Assembly: GCF_006345805.1 (NCBI RefSeq)
Contig: NC_043021.1
Location: 4,712,001 to 4,776,000 of the forward strand
Reading direction: 5' to 3'
From: Octopus sinensis
Taxonomy: Eukaryota
Length of the DNA: 64,000 nucleotides
This document shows positions 22,221-35,854 of this stretch, in pieces. The notes beneath the pieces are model-generated. The model made no database searches. It was not told the DNA's origin and saw only the letters and a list, made by a program, of their open reading frames with translations. The stretch's first letter is position 1; the number at the start of each line of letters is the position of its first letter. The position numbers and the translations under genes were made by a program.

Positions 22221-24194
22221 GATAGACATTGCTTTTGTTTAATACACACACTGTCTGAGAGTATGTGCATGTTGTTCTCTCTCTCTTTAATTTAGAGTAT
22301 ATTTTGACCTGCCACCTTCTTGGTAGCAAAGGTTGTGGAGGAAAATACCTTGTTTTAATCATCATCCTTTCAATCTTAAGGTCTTGAAGATTTTTGTGGT
22401 CCCAGATATTGTGATCGTTTTCGTACCGTTTGAATTAAGGATTCTCATTCTTTTCCCGAGATCCCAAGTTCAGCTATACTTTGCTCCAGACGGGTTGGTA
22501 TGTGCCCTGTTGCTGAATAGGTAAGCGGGTATTTTGAAAATATCTCACGGAATGACTACCGTGCCCTGCATAATTACGGGCTGCCTTTTGGTAAGACACA
22601 GCAGCCGTTCGGCCACCCTGCCAGGGATACGGCGAAGTCACGGGACTGTAGCATAGCGTTTAGTGAAGATGTAGCGGAAAAGCTCAACTGAGACAATGGT
22701 GCCTTTTATATTGATGCAGAGCGAAGGAATCCGAGCAGATCAAGAGTCAGGCTTACCAGGCTCTATCAAGAGAATAACTGGGATCTTTTCACTTTGACTG
22801 GCAAATTTTTAAAATAATTTCTTTGTAACTAAACACTTTTAAACTTCGTATACTGGTAGAATGTGTCACATAAAACATTTTTCTCTCTTGGCTTTCTTGA
22901 GAAACTTCTGTAGTTTGTAAGTTATTTGTTGTTTAATTTCTTGCATTTTTGGCAATTTCAACCAATCAATGACGTCTATTGAGGTGAATACAATTTCTGC
23001 GGTTGTTTGTCAACAACAATTAGTTTTCATCCCACTGAACAGCATTTGGGCAAGTGTCTTCTGGAAACTGTACGAAGCCTTTTGTGCATGCATGTTACTC
23101 TTTTTACTTGTTTCAGTCATTTGACTGCGGCCATGCTGGAGCACCGCCTTTAGTCGAGCAAATCGACCCCGGGATTTATTCTTTTTGTAAGTCCAGTACT
23201 TATTCTATCGGTCTCTTTTTGCCGAACCGCTAAGTGACGGGACGTAAACACACCAGCATCGGTTGTCAAGCAATGCTAGGGGAACAAACACACACACATA
23301 CATATATATATATACATACATAAATACGACAGGCTTCTTTCAGTTTCCGTCTACGAAATCCACTCACAAGGCATTGGTCGGCCCGGGGCTATAGCAGAAG
23401 ACACTTGCCCAAGATGCCACGCAGTGGGATTGAACGCGGAACCATGTGGTTGGTTAGCAAGCTACTTACCACACAGCCACGTTTGTTTTTGAAAGCATGC
23501 ATACAAATGAGTATAAACATTTATATAACATGGCTTTGCTTGTCCCCGAGTTAAACAGTGATGATGTGTTTCTTTTTGACACTGCCACAGGTCAATCTGC
23601 ACTTTTGTAGATTTGTGGAATAAAAGTTAAGTTAGTTAATTTTTTGGCTCAAAAAGCAAAAAGCAAGGCAATGTAGGGGAACATGGAGTTATGTACAGGG
23701 AGGGTGTTCATGCAAAGAGTTCAGGCCATTTCTGGTCAAGAGAGACTTTGAACCGAGCGGTCGTCGGCATCTTCACCATCTCGTCTGGCAGCTTATTCCA
23801 CGGATCCACAACCCGGACGGAGAAAGCACCTCTCCTTCGATTGAGATGAAATCGTCGCAGATAGAGCTTTTCAGAGTGACCCCGCAGCCGACGCTCTGGA
23901 GCAGGAGTGAAGAACAGCTCTTTCGAGAGGTTACACTTTTAGTTTAAAACAGCAGGTAAAAGTTGGCAGCAGAAAGTGTATCAAGCCATAAAAATCTTCT
24001 TCAAGAAAAGCCCCTGTCCAACCTATAATAGTATGGAAAAACAGATCCTTAAATCCTTAAAAATGTTTTAGCCCGAAGGCCGCGACCATGCTGGGGCACC
24101 ACCGCTGATGTCCAAAAAAAAATAATAATCTGTTAAATCAAGACTGACAAAGGACAACAAGCAACAACAATTTCTATGTTAAATAATCTTTATT

Positions 24195-24316
24195 TCAACT
24201 CAAACCATTATTTTCATGCAATGCATACTTCTTAATAAAAGATTTCAAACTAAATATTGTTCCATAACCAATGTTGGGGTCAAGGCTTAGAAAATCCTGG
24301 AAGTTACTGTCAGTCT
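24195..24316 (-). CDS. NTAQ1: NTAQ1 coding exon 6 (stop)
   Basis: [39 protein letters not shown]; TTCACAG acceptor; AATAAA directly after the TGA. Confidence 0.92.
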
Positions 24317-24422
24317 CTGTGAAAAAAACCCCAAAAAAAACATGAAAAACAAAAATAAAACATTAGGAAACATCATGAAAGATATAGACATACATGTAGC
24401 CAGTGTGTATGTGCATGTGTGC

Positions 24423-24466
<44 letters not shown>

Positions 24467-27400
24467 TATGATATATATATATGATATATATATATATGAT
24501 ATATATATATGATATATATATGATATATATATGATATATATATGATATATATATGATATATAGATGATATATATATATATATTATATATATATATATATG
24601 ATATATATGATAGATAGATAGATAGATATAGATATATATGTGTTTGATATATAACCATCTATTTCAATGAAATCAGGCAAATTTTAAAAAATCTGACAGA
24701 ATTTTATGTTTATTGCCTATTCATCATCATCATCGTTTAATGTCCGCTTTCCATGCTAGCGTGGGTTGGACGGTTCGACCGGGGTCTGGGAAGCCAGGAG
24801 GCTGCACCAGGCTCCAGTCTGATCTGGCAGTGTTTCTACAGCTGGATGCCCTTCCTAACGGCAACCACTCCATGAGTTTAGTGGGTGCTTTTTACATGCC
24901 ACCGGCACAGGTGCCAGGCGAGGCTGGCAGCAGCCACAATCGGTTGGTGATTTTTATGTGTCACCGGCACGGAAGCCAAACTACCATGTTTGGATGGTTC
25001 CTTTTACGTGCCACCGGCACTGGTATCATGATACCAAAACAAATAGATTTCTAAATCTTACATCAAAACTTTATTGGAAATTTTCAACATGTGCTCCATC
25101 TGTATCCTGGCAAATTTTCAGATCTATCCTTAGCATCGCAAAACGTTTTGGATCATTTCAGGAGTTATCTCTTGCGTTGCTAATTGAATGCATTGTTTAA
25201 GTTCAGCTAAACCATTGTGCCATCCCAGGGATGGTGGTAGAGAAAATGATAGCAACCAAATTGAAAAAGAACTGTTGTGGACAGATGGGCAGGATCCAAC
25301 AGGAATGTGAATAAAATAATTTTTAAAAATTATAAAATTAGAAACAAAATAAAAAATTTATACTTTTAACACACATTAAACATGATAAAAATAAATAAAT
25401 GTGAGTTTTTAAAAAAATTGACTGATTTCACTGAAATAAATAATTAATTCTGGGACACTGGTATTTTGAGTCAATAAAATGAAGTGCTAGTCATGTCTAC
25501 CTATCTATCCGCTCAGTCGACTCTCGGTTATTCGTTGGATCAGTGTCCTCCAATCAGTTCTATCTTGGGCCGCTTCTTTCAGACTGGCTATGTCCATTCC
25601 GGTATCACCGGTATCACTAGTCATGTACTGAGGTCAATTCCCACTGAATCTATGGTGTTATGCCTGAATTTCTCCCACTGAATCATCATCATCATCGTTT
25701 AACATCCATTCTCCATGCTAGCATGGGTTGGATGGTTCGACCGGGGATCTGGGAAGCCAGAAGGCTGCACCAGGCTCCGGTCTTATCTGGCAATGTTTCT
25801 ACAGCTGGATGCCCTTCCTAACGCCAACCATTCCGTGAGTGTAGTGGGTGCTTTTTACATGCCACCTGCACTGGTGCCAGGCGAGGCTGGCATCGGCCAC
25901 GGTCGGATTGGTGCATTTTACGTGCCACCGGCACGGAAGCCAGTCGAGGCGGCACTGGCTTCGGCCACGATTTGGATGGTGCTTTTTACGTCCCACCGAC
26001 ACGGAAGCCAGTCGAGGCGGCGTTGAATATATGGTGTTATGTCTGTGATACAGGTCATTACATGTGTACATATGTTTGTGTGCTTCTGGTTCTTTGGAAT
26101 AAGAGATAAATCGACACTTACATACAGACATGCATGGTCAAATAGAGATAGAGTGACAGAGACAGACTTACGTTCTGTTCTAATACAGGGATAAGGCGGC
26201 GGTTCCTGTCTCCATGCTCCTGTTGAATCCAACATGTGTTTCCGATTGGATGCAAAATGTCTTAAATATATCTTAGCATCAATCACTCTGAAAAACCTGA
26301 AAGTGACAAATATGTCAAAGATTAAAACTAAGATTAAGAGTGTGGATTAGGATTGACATTAAACAATGGATTAAGACATAAGCATTTAAGAAAGGTTAGT
26401 ATTAATATTTGACAGAAAATCAGATACTGATTAAGATTGAAAGTACGATCAGGAATAAATTAAATATAAAACCATACTTAGATTAATTAACAATAAATGT
26501 TGGTTTAAGACTATGAGCAAATTTAAATAATAAAAGTAAAACTGATTAAATTTAAATGTAATATTAAGATTAGGATTAATGTTAAATAGAGGATAAAGAT
26601 TAGAGTTAATGCTAACTAGTGGATTAATGTTTAGAATAAGATTGAATTTTATATTATTTTGTGTGGAAGCACTCCGTCGGTTATGATGACGAGGGTTCCC
26701 ATTGATCCGAATCAACGGAACAGCCTGCTCGTGAAATTAACGTGTAAGTGGCTGAGCACTCCACAGACACGTGCACCCTTAACGTAGTTCTTGGGGATAT
26801 TCAGCGTGACACAGAGAGTGACAAGGCCGGCCCTTTGAAATACAGGTACAACAGAAACAGGAAGTAAGAGTGAGAGAAAGTTGTGGTGAAAGAGTACAGC
26901 AGGGATCACCACCATCCCCTGCCGGAGCCTCGTGGAGCTTTAGGTGTTTTCGCTCAATAAACACTCACAACGCCCGGTCTGGGATCGAAACCGCGATCCT
27001 ATGACCGCAAGTCCGCTGCCCTAACCACTGGGCCATTGCACCTCCTATTATTTTGTGTATCAGTTAAATAAATAAGACTGATACATAACCTTGGCTCAAA
27101 GGTGATACGTTGAGGGTAAGTCAATTTAATCAACTCCCAATCTATATTTTACCTTTAATGACCCCAAAAGAATGAAAAAGCAAAGAAAACACTGAAACAG
27201 TACTGGAGTCAACCCTTCAAAGTGGTGCTCCAGCATGGCCACAGTCCAGTGACTGAAACAAGTAAACAATAGAAGACAAAGATGTTCCATAGTACTCTTT
27301 TACTTGTTTCAGTCATTTGACGGCGGCCATGCTGGAGCACCGCTTTTAATCGAGCAACTCAACCCCGGGACTTATTCTTTTGTAAGCCCAGTACTTATTC

Positions 27401-27674
27401 TATCGGTCTCTTTTGCCGAACCGCTAAGTAACGGGGACATAAACACATCAGCATCGGTTGTCAAGCAATGCTAGGGGGACAAACACAGACACACACATAT
27501 CATCATCATCATCGTTTAACGTCCGTTTTCCGCACTAGCACGGGTTGGACGGTTCGACCGGGGTCTGGGAAGCCAGGGGCTGCTCCAGGCTCCAGTCTGA
27601 TCTGGCAGAGTTTCTACGGCTGGATGCCCTTCCTAACGCCAACCACTCCGCGAGTGTAGTGGGTGCTTTTTATG

Positions 27675-27714
<40 letters not shown>

Positions 27715-30700
27715 GACAGGCTTCTTTCAGTTTCTGTCTACCAAATCCACTCACAAGGCATTGGTCGGCCCGAGGCTATAGCAGAAGACACTTGCCCAAG
27801 GTGCCACACAGTGGGACTGAACCCGGAACCATGTGGTTAGTAAGCAAGCTACTTACCACACAGGCACTCCTGCGCCTATAATAATAATAATAATAAAGAA
27901 ACTAAACACTTAATGCACCAATAATTTAATACTCTTGGGTACAAACAGATCTGTACTTTGAAAAAGGGGACAGTCACAATATAGATATTTACCTGTGATA
28001 CTGTGGCTGTAGTATATCGTCTGTTTTAATTGCTTCGTTAATATACATCTCCAGTTTACAGGGAAAAGGCAAACTACTGTCCAGGTCATATACATAACTC
28101 TCTCCTTCCAGTCTCCACAGAAATATGACATGGTAATCCTGGTCAAATAAAACAGAAAAGAAATAACATGAATTTCAATTTACATAATTTTTAGGACTAG
28201 TAATTTCATCTTTACAATGTAAATATACAAGATTTAAAGAGAGAGAGAAAGTGTGTGTGTGTGTGTGTGTGCGTACATGCATCAGCCTCGCCTGGCCCCC
28301 GTGCTGGTGGCACATAAAAAGCACCATCCGATCGTGGCCGTTTGCCAGACTCGTCTGGCACGTAAAAAGCACCCACTACACTCATGGAGTGGTTGGCGTT
28401 AGGAAGGGCATCCAGCCGTAGAAACATTGCCGGATCAGACTGGAGCCTGGTGCAGCCTCCTGGCTTCCCAGACCCCAGTTGAACCGTCCAACCCATGCTA
28501 GCATGGAAAGTGGACACTAAACAATGATGATGATGACGACGATGATACACACACACACACATGGTAGTAGATAAAATAATCAAGGTCTTGAAAGTGGGGG
28601 GGGGGAAAGCCACAGGTCCATAGGGGACAGTTGCAGAAATGCTTAAAATATCTGGAGAAGTAATATACAAGACTAGCGCTATGACCCAGCAATGTCGGGT
28701 CATAGTGCTAGTGCATGCATACACAGCTGCGTGCGTGTGCACATACACGCAAGTACTGTCCAAATCTCCGACCAATCACATACAGCTAGCTGGCATTCAA
28801 TTGGCCTATCAAATTTCGGGTATTTTGATTGAGTTTTGGATAGAAAATTCACAAAAAAGTCACTTCTATTGATTGTTTAATGGCTTTGCGGGGTGACTGG
28901 GGAAATGTAAAGATGTGCACGACCACCTTTGGACGGTTTTGAATGACCATAGAAAGTGCGAGCCCTCTAAGTGAAAAATTGTGGATTTGTATAAAGGATA
29001 CACATGCAGACAGACATTTTGCCGTTTATATATATAGAGATTATCATTTATTTAGTTAATCAAGTCATTCAAGGTGTTATACCCAATGATTGGCAAAGCA
29101 AGATCTTTGTAAACTGCTACAAGGGCAAAGGTGATGCTTTAGAGAAAAGCAACAAGAGAGGAATCAGACTTCATAGAGAAAGTTGCAGACCAGTTGACCC
29201 TGAGAGAATAGACCCGGATGAGATGTAGTTTGGCTTCATCCCCCAAAGAGGCAAGGATAAATACCTAACTAAGAATAAACCATTATTCTTGGCTTTCATT
29301 AATTTGGAGAAAGCATTTGACAGGATATTTGATATTCAGTAATTTGGTGGGCTCTGAGAAAACAAGGTGTAAATGAATGGTTTGTGCAGGAAATTCAAAC
29401 TATGTACAAGGATGTTGTAAGCAAAGTAAAAGTTGGCAATGGCTTCAGTGATGAATTTAATGTGGCAGTAGGAGTCTATCAAGGATCAGTCCTCTCCTAT
29501 TCGCCATAATCCTGCAAGCCACCACTGAGAAGTTGAAGACTGGCTGTACATGGGAACTCCTATATGTTGAACATTTAGTTCTTATAGCTGAATCTATAGG
29601 GAAATAAGAGAAAAAAATTCCAGGCATGAAAGCTAAACCTAAGTATAGGGGTTTGTCTTTAGCTAGGTATTTCTCCTGCAGTTGTCAAACCAGGAAAATG
29701 GCATCAGTGGTGCTTCTACCCAGCACAAAACCGAACTGCATCTCATCTAAGCAGACTCTCAGCCTATCATCATCATCATTGTTTAGCATCCGCTTTCCAT
29801 GCTGGCATGGGTTGGACGGTGCAACTGGGGTCTGGGAAGCCAGAAGGCTGCACAAGGCCCAGTCTGATCTGGCAATGTTTCTACGGCCGGATGCCCTTCC
29901 TAACGCCAACCACTCCATGAGTGTAGTGGGTGCTTTTTACGTGCCACCGGCACAGGAGCCAGACGAGGCTGGCAAACAGCCACGATCGGATGGTACTCCT
30001 TTATGCTGGGAAAAATAAAATCATAATCTGCTATAGAATAAGATTTTGATAATTGATGGAGGACCATTGTGGGAATTTAGTGCAGTAAATGTATATATGT
30101 AGAGCTTGATGAAATTTCCTCAATAAAACCTGTAGGGATGTCAGCTAAAAATGGCTGCATTTAATGAAATATAAATTTAAATATCAGAAATATTAAATTT
30201 CTAAATATCTCTATGAGATATTTCTGATTTTGGTGATCAGTGAATAAACTTCACTGAAAATATATATATATATTTATGAGGTCTAGACAAATATCTTCAG
30301 CTAGCAGGCCTTGCTACTCTAGACTGATGATGGGCAAAGACCCTGAAACATGCGTGTCTCTAGATGCAGGCCTAGCTGTTGGGGGTGTTTGTCTCCCTTT
30401 CGTAAATATATAAGGACACAGGAAATGTGTCAAGGCCGACAGGAAGAGCCGATGCTTCCTAGGGCTAAACAGCGGTGGTGTAATTCCCTACGGGACTGTC
30501 ACGTTAAGTTGACAGTATACAACTACTCTAAATTTAAATAGATAAAAGTGTAACATTAAGTATATGCCAGTGAACCGATAGATAGCAATGTCATTACCAT
30601 AGGATTAGAAATAAAAAAGACTAAGTTCTAATCCAGACTGGTTATTTGTATACGCATCTAAGAATAAGACACTTGATGACAATTGGATATCAAACTAATC

Positions 30701-33700
30701 AAAAAAGAGTATAGATGTAAATATTAAAACATTTTTGAAGTCTAAAAGTGAAGATAAAAGGAAAAATAATAACTGTAAGGAAATTCTGTGTGATGACTTA
30801 CCCATACAACTGGTTCGTCAGGTTTCCCAATTTTCTGGTGCCAGATTGGAACCTAACAAGAAACAAAAAAAACATTTATTTATTCTTTTACTATATATGT
30901 TTCTTTATTAGCCACACAGGGCTGAATACATATATATGTATATATATATATGTGTACATATGCACTAGCACTATGACCCAGCAACAACGGGTCATAATGC
31001 TAGTGTGTGTGTATATATATATATCATCATCGTTTAACGTCCGTTCTCCATTCTAGCATGGGTTGGACGGTTCGACCGGGGATCTGGGAAGCCAGAAGGC
31101 TGCACCAGGCTCCAGTCTGATCTGGCAGTGTTTCTACAGCTGGATGCCCTTCCTAATGCCAAGGATATATATATATATATATATATATACATACACACAC
31201 ACACACATACATACATACATACAAGGGACATTTTTCAGTTTCTGTTTACCAATCTCATTCACAAGGCATTAATCAATTTCTGGCTATGGGAGAAGATACC
31301 AGTTAACAATGTCCAGGCCATGTGAACAAACCCTAAGCCATGTGCTCCTGGATTCAATTCCATAGCATTATATCTTGAGTGTCATTTTCAACAGCTTTGG
31401 TTCATTCAATGCCTTGTGTGTGATACTGGCGAGATGGAAACTGAGTAAAAGCCTCTCTGATGGACTCTACCTATAATTCAAAGATGTAGTCTTGTGGCAT
31501 GTCATACTAATTCCACCTGCGAGTGACATTAATGTTGGTGGTTGTGGTGGTGATGTTGATGATAGCAGTAAGGATGATAATGGTCATCATCATTTTATGT
31601 ACTATTTCATCAAGGGTTAAACATCATCAGAGTCCAGGCCAGTTGATGATGTGATCATCATCATCGTTTAACGTCCGTTCTCCATGCTAACATGGGTTGG
31701 ACGGTTCGACCGGGGATCTGGGAAGCTAGAAAACTGCACCAGGCTCCAGTCTGATCTGGCAGTGTTTCTATGGCTGGATGCCCTTCCTAATGCCAACCAC
31801 TCCGTGAGTGTAGTGGGTGCTTTTTACGTGCCACCTGCACAGGTGCCAGATGAGGCTGGCAACGGCCACGATCGGATTGGTGTATTTTACGTGCCACCGG
31901 CACGGAAGCCAGTCAAGGCGGTGCTGGCATCGTCCACGATTCGGATGGTGCATTTTACGTGCCACTGGCACGGAAGCCAGTCAAGGCGGTGCTGGCATCG
32001 TCCACGATTCGGATGGTGCTTTTACGTGCCACCAGCACGGAAGCCAGTCTAGGTGGTGCTGGCATCGGCCACGTTCAGATGGTGCTTTTTACGTGCCACC
32101 GGCACAGGGATCACAACTGCAGTTTCCATTGATTTTGATGTTGGTGTACTTGACTCAATGGATTCCTCAAGCACAGGGTCGAAATGGTGTTTCTTCACTT
32201 GCCACCTGCACAGGAGTCAGTCCAGCGGTCCTGGCAACTGCCAGGTAAATATTTTGAGTTCCATTGATGTAACAAAATGAGATACTTACTGCCCTATCTT
32301 CATTTGAAATAAAGACAACAGAACAGAATTCTAGTTCTTCAGGTCGGTCAATGTTGACGGCTTCACACAGTTTCCATACATTCTCTTCGCTACAATAGAG
32401 AGAAACAAAGAAAGAGGATGATATACACATTGGGGTAAGAGAGAGCGGGTGAGAGATGGTGAAAGGGAGAGACAGAGTAACTGAGAAATGAAAGAGCAGA
32501 ATTAACAAACTGAAAAAAAAAAGGGGGGAGAAGAAGGGGAAAAAAAGTGAAAAATACAAATTGAACAAAAAAGCAAAAAAAAACAAAACGGAACAAGAAA
32601 GAGATTCTTCCTTTGACAATCTATTTATTCTTTAACTTGTTTAAGTCATTTGACTGCAGCCATGCTGGAGCACTGCCCTTAGTCAAAGAGATCGACCCTG
32701 GAATTTATTCTTTGTAAGCTTAGTACTTATTCTATCGGTCTCTTTTGCCGAACCGCTAAGTGACGGGGACGTAAACACACCAGCATCAGTTGTCGAGCGA
32801 CGGTGGAGGGGGACAAACACAGACACACACGCGCATATATATATATATACACATATGTACGACAGGCTTCTTTCAGTTTCCGTCTACCAAATCCACTCAC
32901 AAGGCTTTGGTTGGCCCGAGGCTATAGTAGTAGACACTTGCCCAAGATGCCACGCAGTGGGACTGAACCCGGAACCATGTGGTTGGGAAGGAAGCTACTT
33001 ACCACACAGCCACTCCTGCACCTATATATATATATTTTTTATACATTTCTGATATTTCTGGGATGGGTATTGATGTGTATGGGTCTGTTTTCTGGAGAAC
33101 TGAAGCAACAAATTTCATTTATTTTGTCTTCTTCATTTTGCTCCAACCAAATTTGTCTTTTATATACTCAAAGAGAACAGAGATTATTTTCTGAAACAGT
33201 GTTCAGATTATGTTATGTTTTTAAAGCATTTTGGGAAGGCCAATTATGTTTAGTCTCAAAGTTAAATATGTAATAAAAACTCTTCATTGCCCCCCCCCCC
33301 TCCTAATATATGTATGTATATATATCTATATACTTTATTTGCTAGCAAAATCTGTCCGATGAACGGCAAAGGGAAACTCAGAGTAACAGGTTTTGTTGAA
33401 TTTTCTGCTGCTTTAAATAAAGCATATTACTCTACCACTGGTATTTGAGTACTCTTTTTTCCACCTTGTTTCACATTTATGTTTTTACTCTGGTATATAT
33501 ATATATATACACATATATACGACAGGCTTCTTTCAGTTTCCGTCTACCAAATCCACTCACAAGGCTTTGGTTGGCCCGAGGCTATAGTAGTAGACACTTG
33601 CCCAAGATGCCACGCAGTGGGACTGAATCCGGAACCATGTGGTTGGGAAGGAAGCTACTTACCACACAGCCACTCCTGCACCTATATATATATATTTTTT

Positions 33701-34198
33701 ATACATTTCTGATATTTCTGGGATGGGTATTGATGTGTATGGGTCTGTTTTCTGGAGAACTGAAGCAACAAATTTCATTTATTTTGTCTTCTTCATTTTG
33801 CTCCAACCAAATTTGTCTTTTATATACTCAAAGAGAACAGAGATTATTTTCTGAAACAGTGTTCAGATTATGTTATGTTTTTAAAGCATTTTGGGAAGGC
33901 CAATTCCTTAGCTGATATAGTTTTTGTAAGGTAGTAAACATTTGTAAAAAGATATGTTTAGTCTCAAAGTTAAATATGTAATAAAAACTCTTCATTGCCC
34001 CCCCCTCCTAATATATGTATGTATATATATCTATATACTTTATTTGCTAGCAAAATCTGTCCGATGAACGGCAAAGGGAAACTCAGAGTAACAGGTTTTG
34101 TTGAATTTTCTGCTGCTTTAAATAAAGCATATTACTCTACCACTGGTATTTGAGTACTCTTTTTTCCACCTTGTTTCACATTTATGTTTTTACTCTGG

Positions 34199-34237
<39 letters not shown>

Positions 34238-35854
34238 ATATATATATATATACTCTAGCCTGGAATCGACCAAAGCTTTGGGAGTTGATTTGGTAGATAA
34301 AAACTGAAGGAAGCCCATTGCACATATATACGTATATATCAACGTGTGTCTTTGTGTGTGTATGTGTCACCACCACCACCACTTGACAACCGGTACTGGT
34401 GTGTTTACATCCCTGTAACTTAGCGGTTTGGCAAAAGAGATAAAAAAAAAGATTAAGTTCCAGGCTAAAAATCACAAGTACTGGGGGGGTCGATTCATTC
34501 GACTAAAAATTTCTCCAAGACGGTGCTCCAGAATGGCCGCAGTCTAATGACTGAAGCAAGATACACACACTTTAAAAGCCGAAAATCTTTATTTCCTTTC
34601 ACACATAACGGGATTAAACCTTGTCTTGCTGATCTCCCTTCTACCGCCCACTTGTCATAAAATTTATAGACGTATTTTCATAACAAAACAATATGAATGA
34701 ACTTATATGTACGCATAAAAAGTGTTGGAGGTGATATTTCCTTTTGTAATCCAGAACGTAATTTTTTTTCGGGACAACCTTCCGGGTATAATTATCACAG
34801 GTATAGGTGCGGTCTTCTATGAACAACTTGTGCTACTTAATTTTCTTTATGTACAATGTTTATATTTTTTACCTCCTATAAAAAATAATAATAATGAAAT
34901 TATTGTATACAGTGCTCAGGTGCACCCTATAAATTAGGGTATTAAGGAAACGATGCTAAATTGGATTTTGAATTTCAGAGAACGAGATGCTTAGATACCA
35001 ATTCATTATCTGTAAGAAATACGACAGGAAATCTATAAACTTTTAACTATGTAATATTATGAACACCGGGAATAAATCATTTTTAATCCCTGAAGCAAAA
35101 TGTCCTCAAATTAGAATACCTACCTACTTGTAACTTAAGAGTGCTATTACGACGTCGGTACACCAGTTACCAGCTAGAGACAATGTTCGTTATTTTGCAC
35201 ATAAGCTGTGCAGAGTAGGGTTGAACCATAACCGAGGTATTTCAGTGTGATAATAATAATAAAATAATAATAATAATTGTGTACAGTGCTCAGGTGCACT
35301 ACAATGGGACAAATTTTCTAACCGGACGGAACACCGGGACATACCTTTCAAACCGGGAATATGATAAACCAATAATACACACATATATATATTTAATGGG
35401 CTAATATATATATATAAGGGCTATATATATATATATATATTTATTTAAAGGGCTTTAAATATACATATGCATTAGAATTTTCTCTGATCTTTCAGATTTT
35501 TGTATGCTAGGCTACTGGTTTTGAATTGATACTAATTAAATTAATATTCAATTTATTTCCCTCATTATATAAATAAATATATATATATGCAATATTATCT
35601 GTAAACAACTACAGTTTTCTCTCTTTATAATAAACAAAAAAAAATAACCGTACGCTAATACATAAATCAATAACAGAAACATTTATATATTTCTTTATAA
35701 ATTTCTCTATGAACACACACATATTAATATATTTATCTCACCAGTAATATTTGACGTGCATGCACTGTTTGGCAGGCGGTACGGGACCCCTTCGTGCTAT
35801 GTCTATGGGAAGCTTTTGGCTCCAAGAACTGCTTTCACATTTACTTTCTGACAT
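24195..35854 (-). CDS. NTAQ1: Protein N-terminal glutamine amidohydrolase (Nt-Q amidase, N-degron pathway), 218 aa, 6 coding exons
   Basis: join(complement 35742..35854, 32290..32389, 30802..30852, 27993..28138, 26172..26296, 24195..24316). Contains [52 protein letters not shown] and [11 protein letters not shown], matching NTAQ1/WDYHV1 as I recall it. Catalytic Cys, His and Asp present; in-frame stop upstream of the ATG. Confidence 0.96.
24720..25025 (-). mobile_element. 5'-truncated RTE 3'-end copy with (GAT)n tail
   Basis: Same sequence as the 3' end of the 42320-46936 RTE. Other copies, approximate: 25682-26025, 27500-27680, 29767-29995, 31022-31165, 31658-32110, 48300-48500, 53424-53560 (all -) and 28270-28545, 56750-56910, 57470-57790, 63485-63780 (+). 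Confidence 0.88.
26172..26296 (-). CDS. NTAQ1: NTAQ1 coding exon 5
   Basis: [41 protein letters not shown]; TTTCAG / GTAAGT. Confidence 0.95.
26665..27045 (-). mobile_element. tRNA-derived SINE family A, full length, 13-bp target-site duplication
   Basis: TATTATTTTGTGT at 26652-26664 and 27046-27058. Confidence 0.93.
27993..28138 (-). CDS. NTAQ1: NTAQ1 coding exon 4
   Basis: [48 protein letters not shown]; ACCAG / GTAAAT. Confidence 0.96.
29050..29625 (+). mobile_element. Degenerate RT fragment related to the large RTE
   Basis: [25 protein letters not shown]; frames broken. A short opposite-strand piece follows at 29630-29760. Confidence 0.8.
30298..30378 (+). ncRNA. Candidate type I hammerhead ribozyme
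   Basis: CTGATGA (30324-30) - GGG/CCC stem II - GAAA - ACA/TGT stem III with TGCG loop - GTC cleavage triplet (C30358). Stem I TCTAGA/TCTAGA extends through AGGCCT/AGGCCT and CAGCT/AGCTG. Base of stem II is a T-T mismatch. Confidence 0.7.
30802..30852 (-). CDS. NTAQ1: NTAQ1 coding exon 3
   Basis: [17 protein letters not shown]; TGTTAG / GTAAGT. Confidence 0.93.
32290..32389 (-). CDS. NTAQ1: NTAQ1 coding exon 2
   Basis: [33 protein letters not shown]; TGTAG / GTAAGT. Confidence 0.95.
32836..34198. repeat. Tandem duplication of ~660-705 bp in the first coding-region intron of NTAQ1
   Basis: Units 32836-33493 and 33494-34198 are almost identical apart from an indel of about 48 bp. Confidence 0.93.
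35742..35854 (-). CDS. NTAQ1: NTAQ1 coding exon 1
   Basis: [37 protein letters not shown]+TG, GTGAGA donor; the catalytic Cys codon is split by this intron. Confidence 0.88.
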
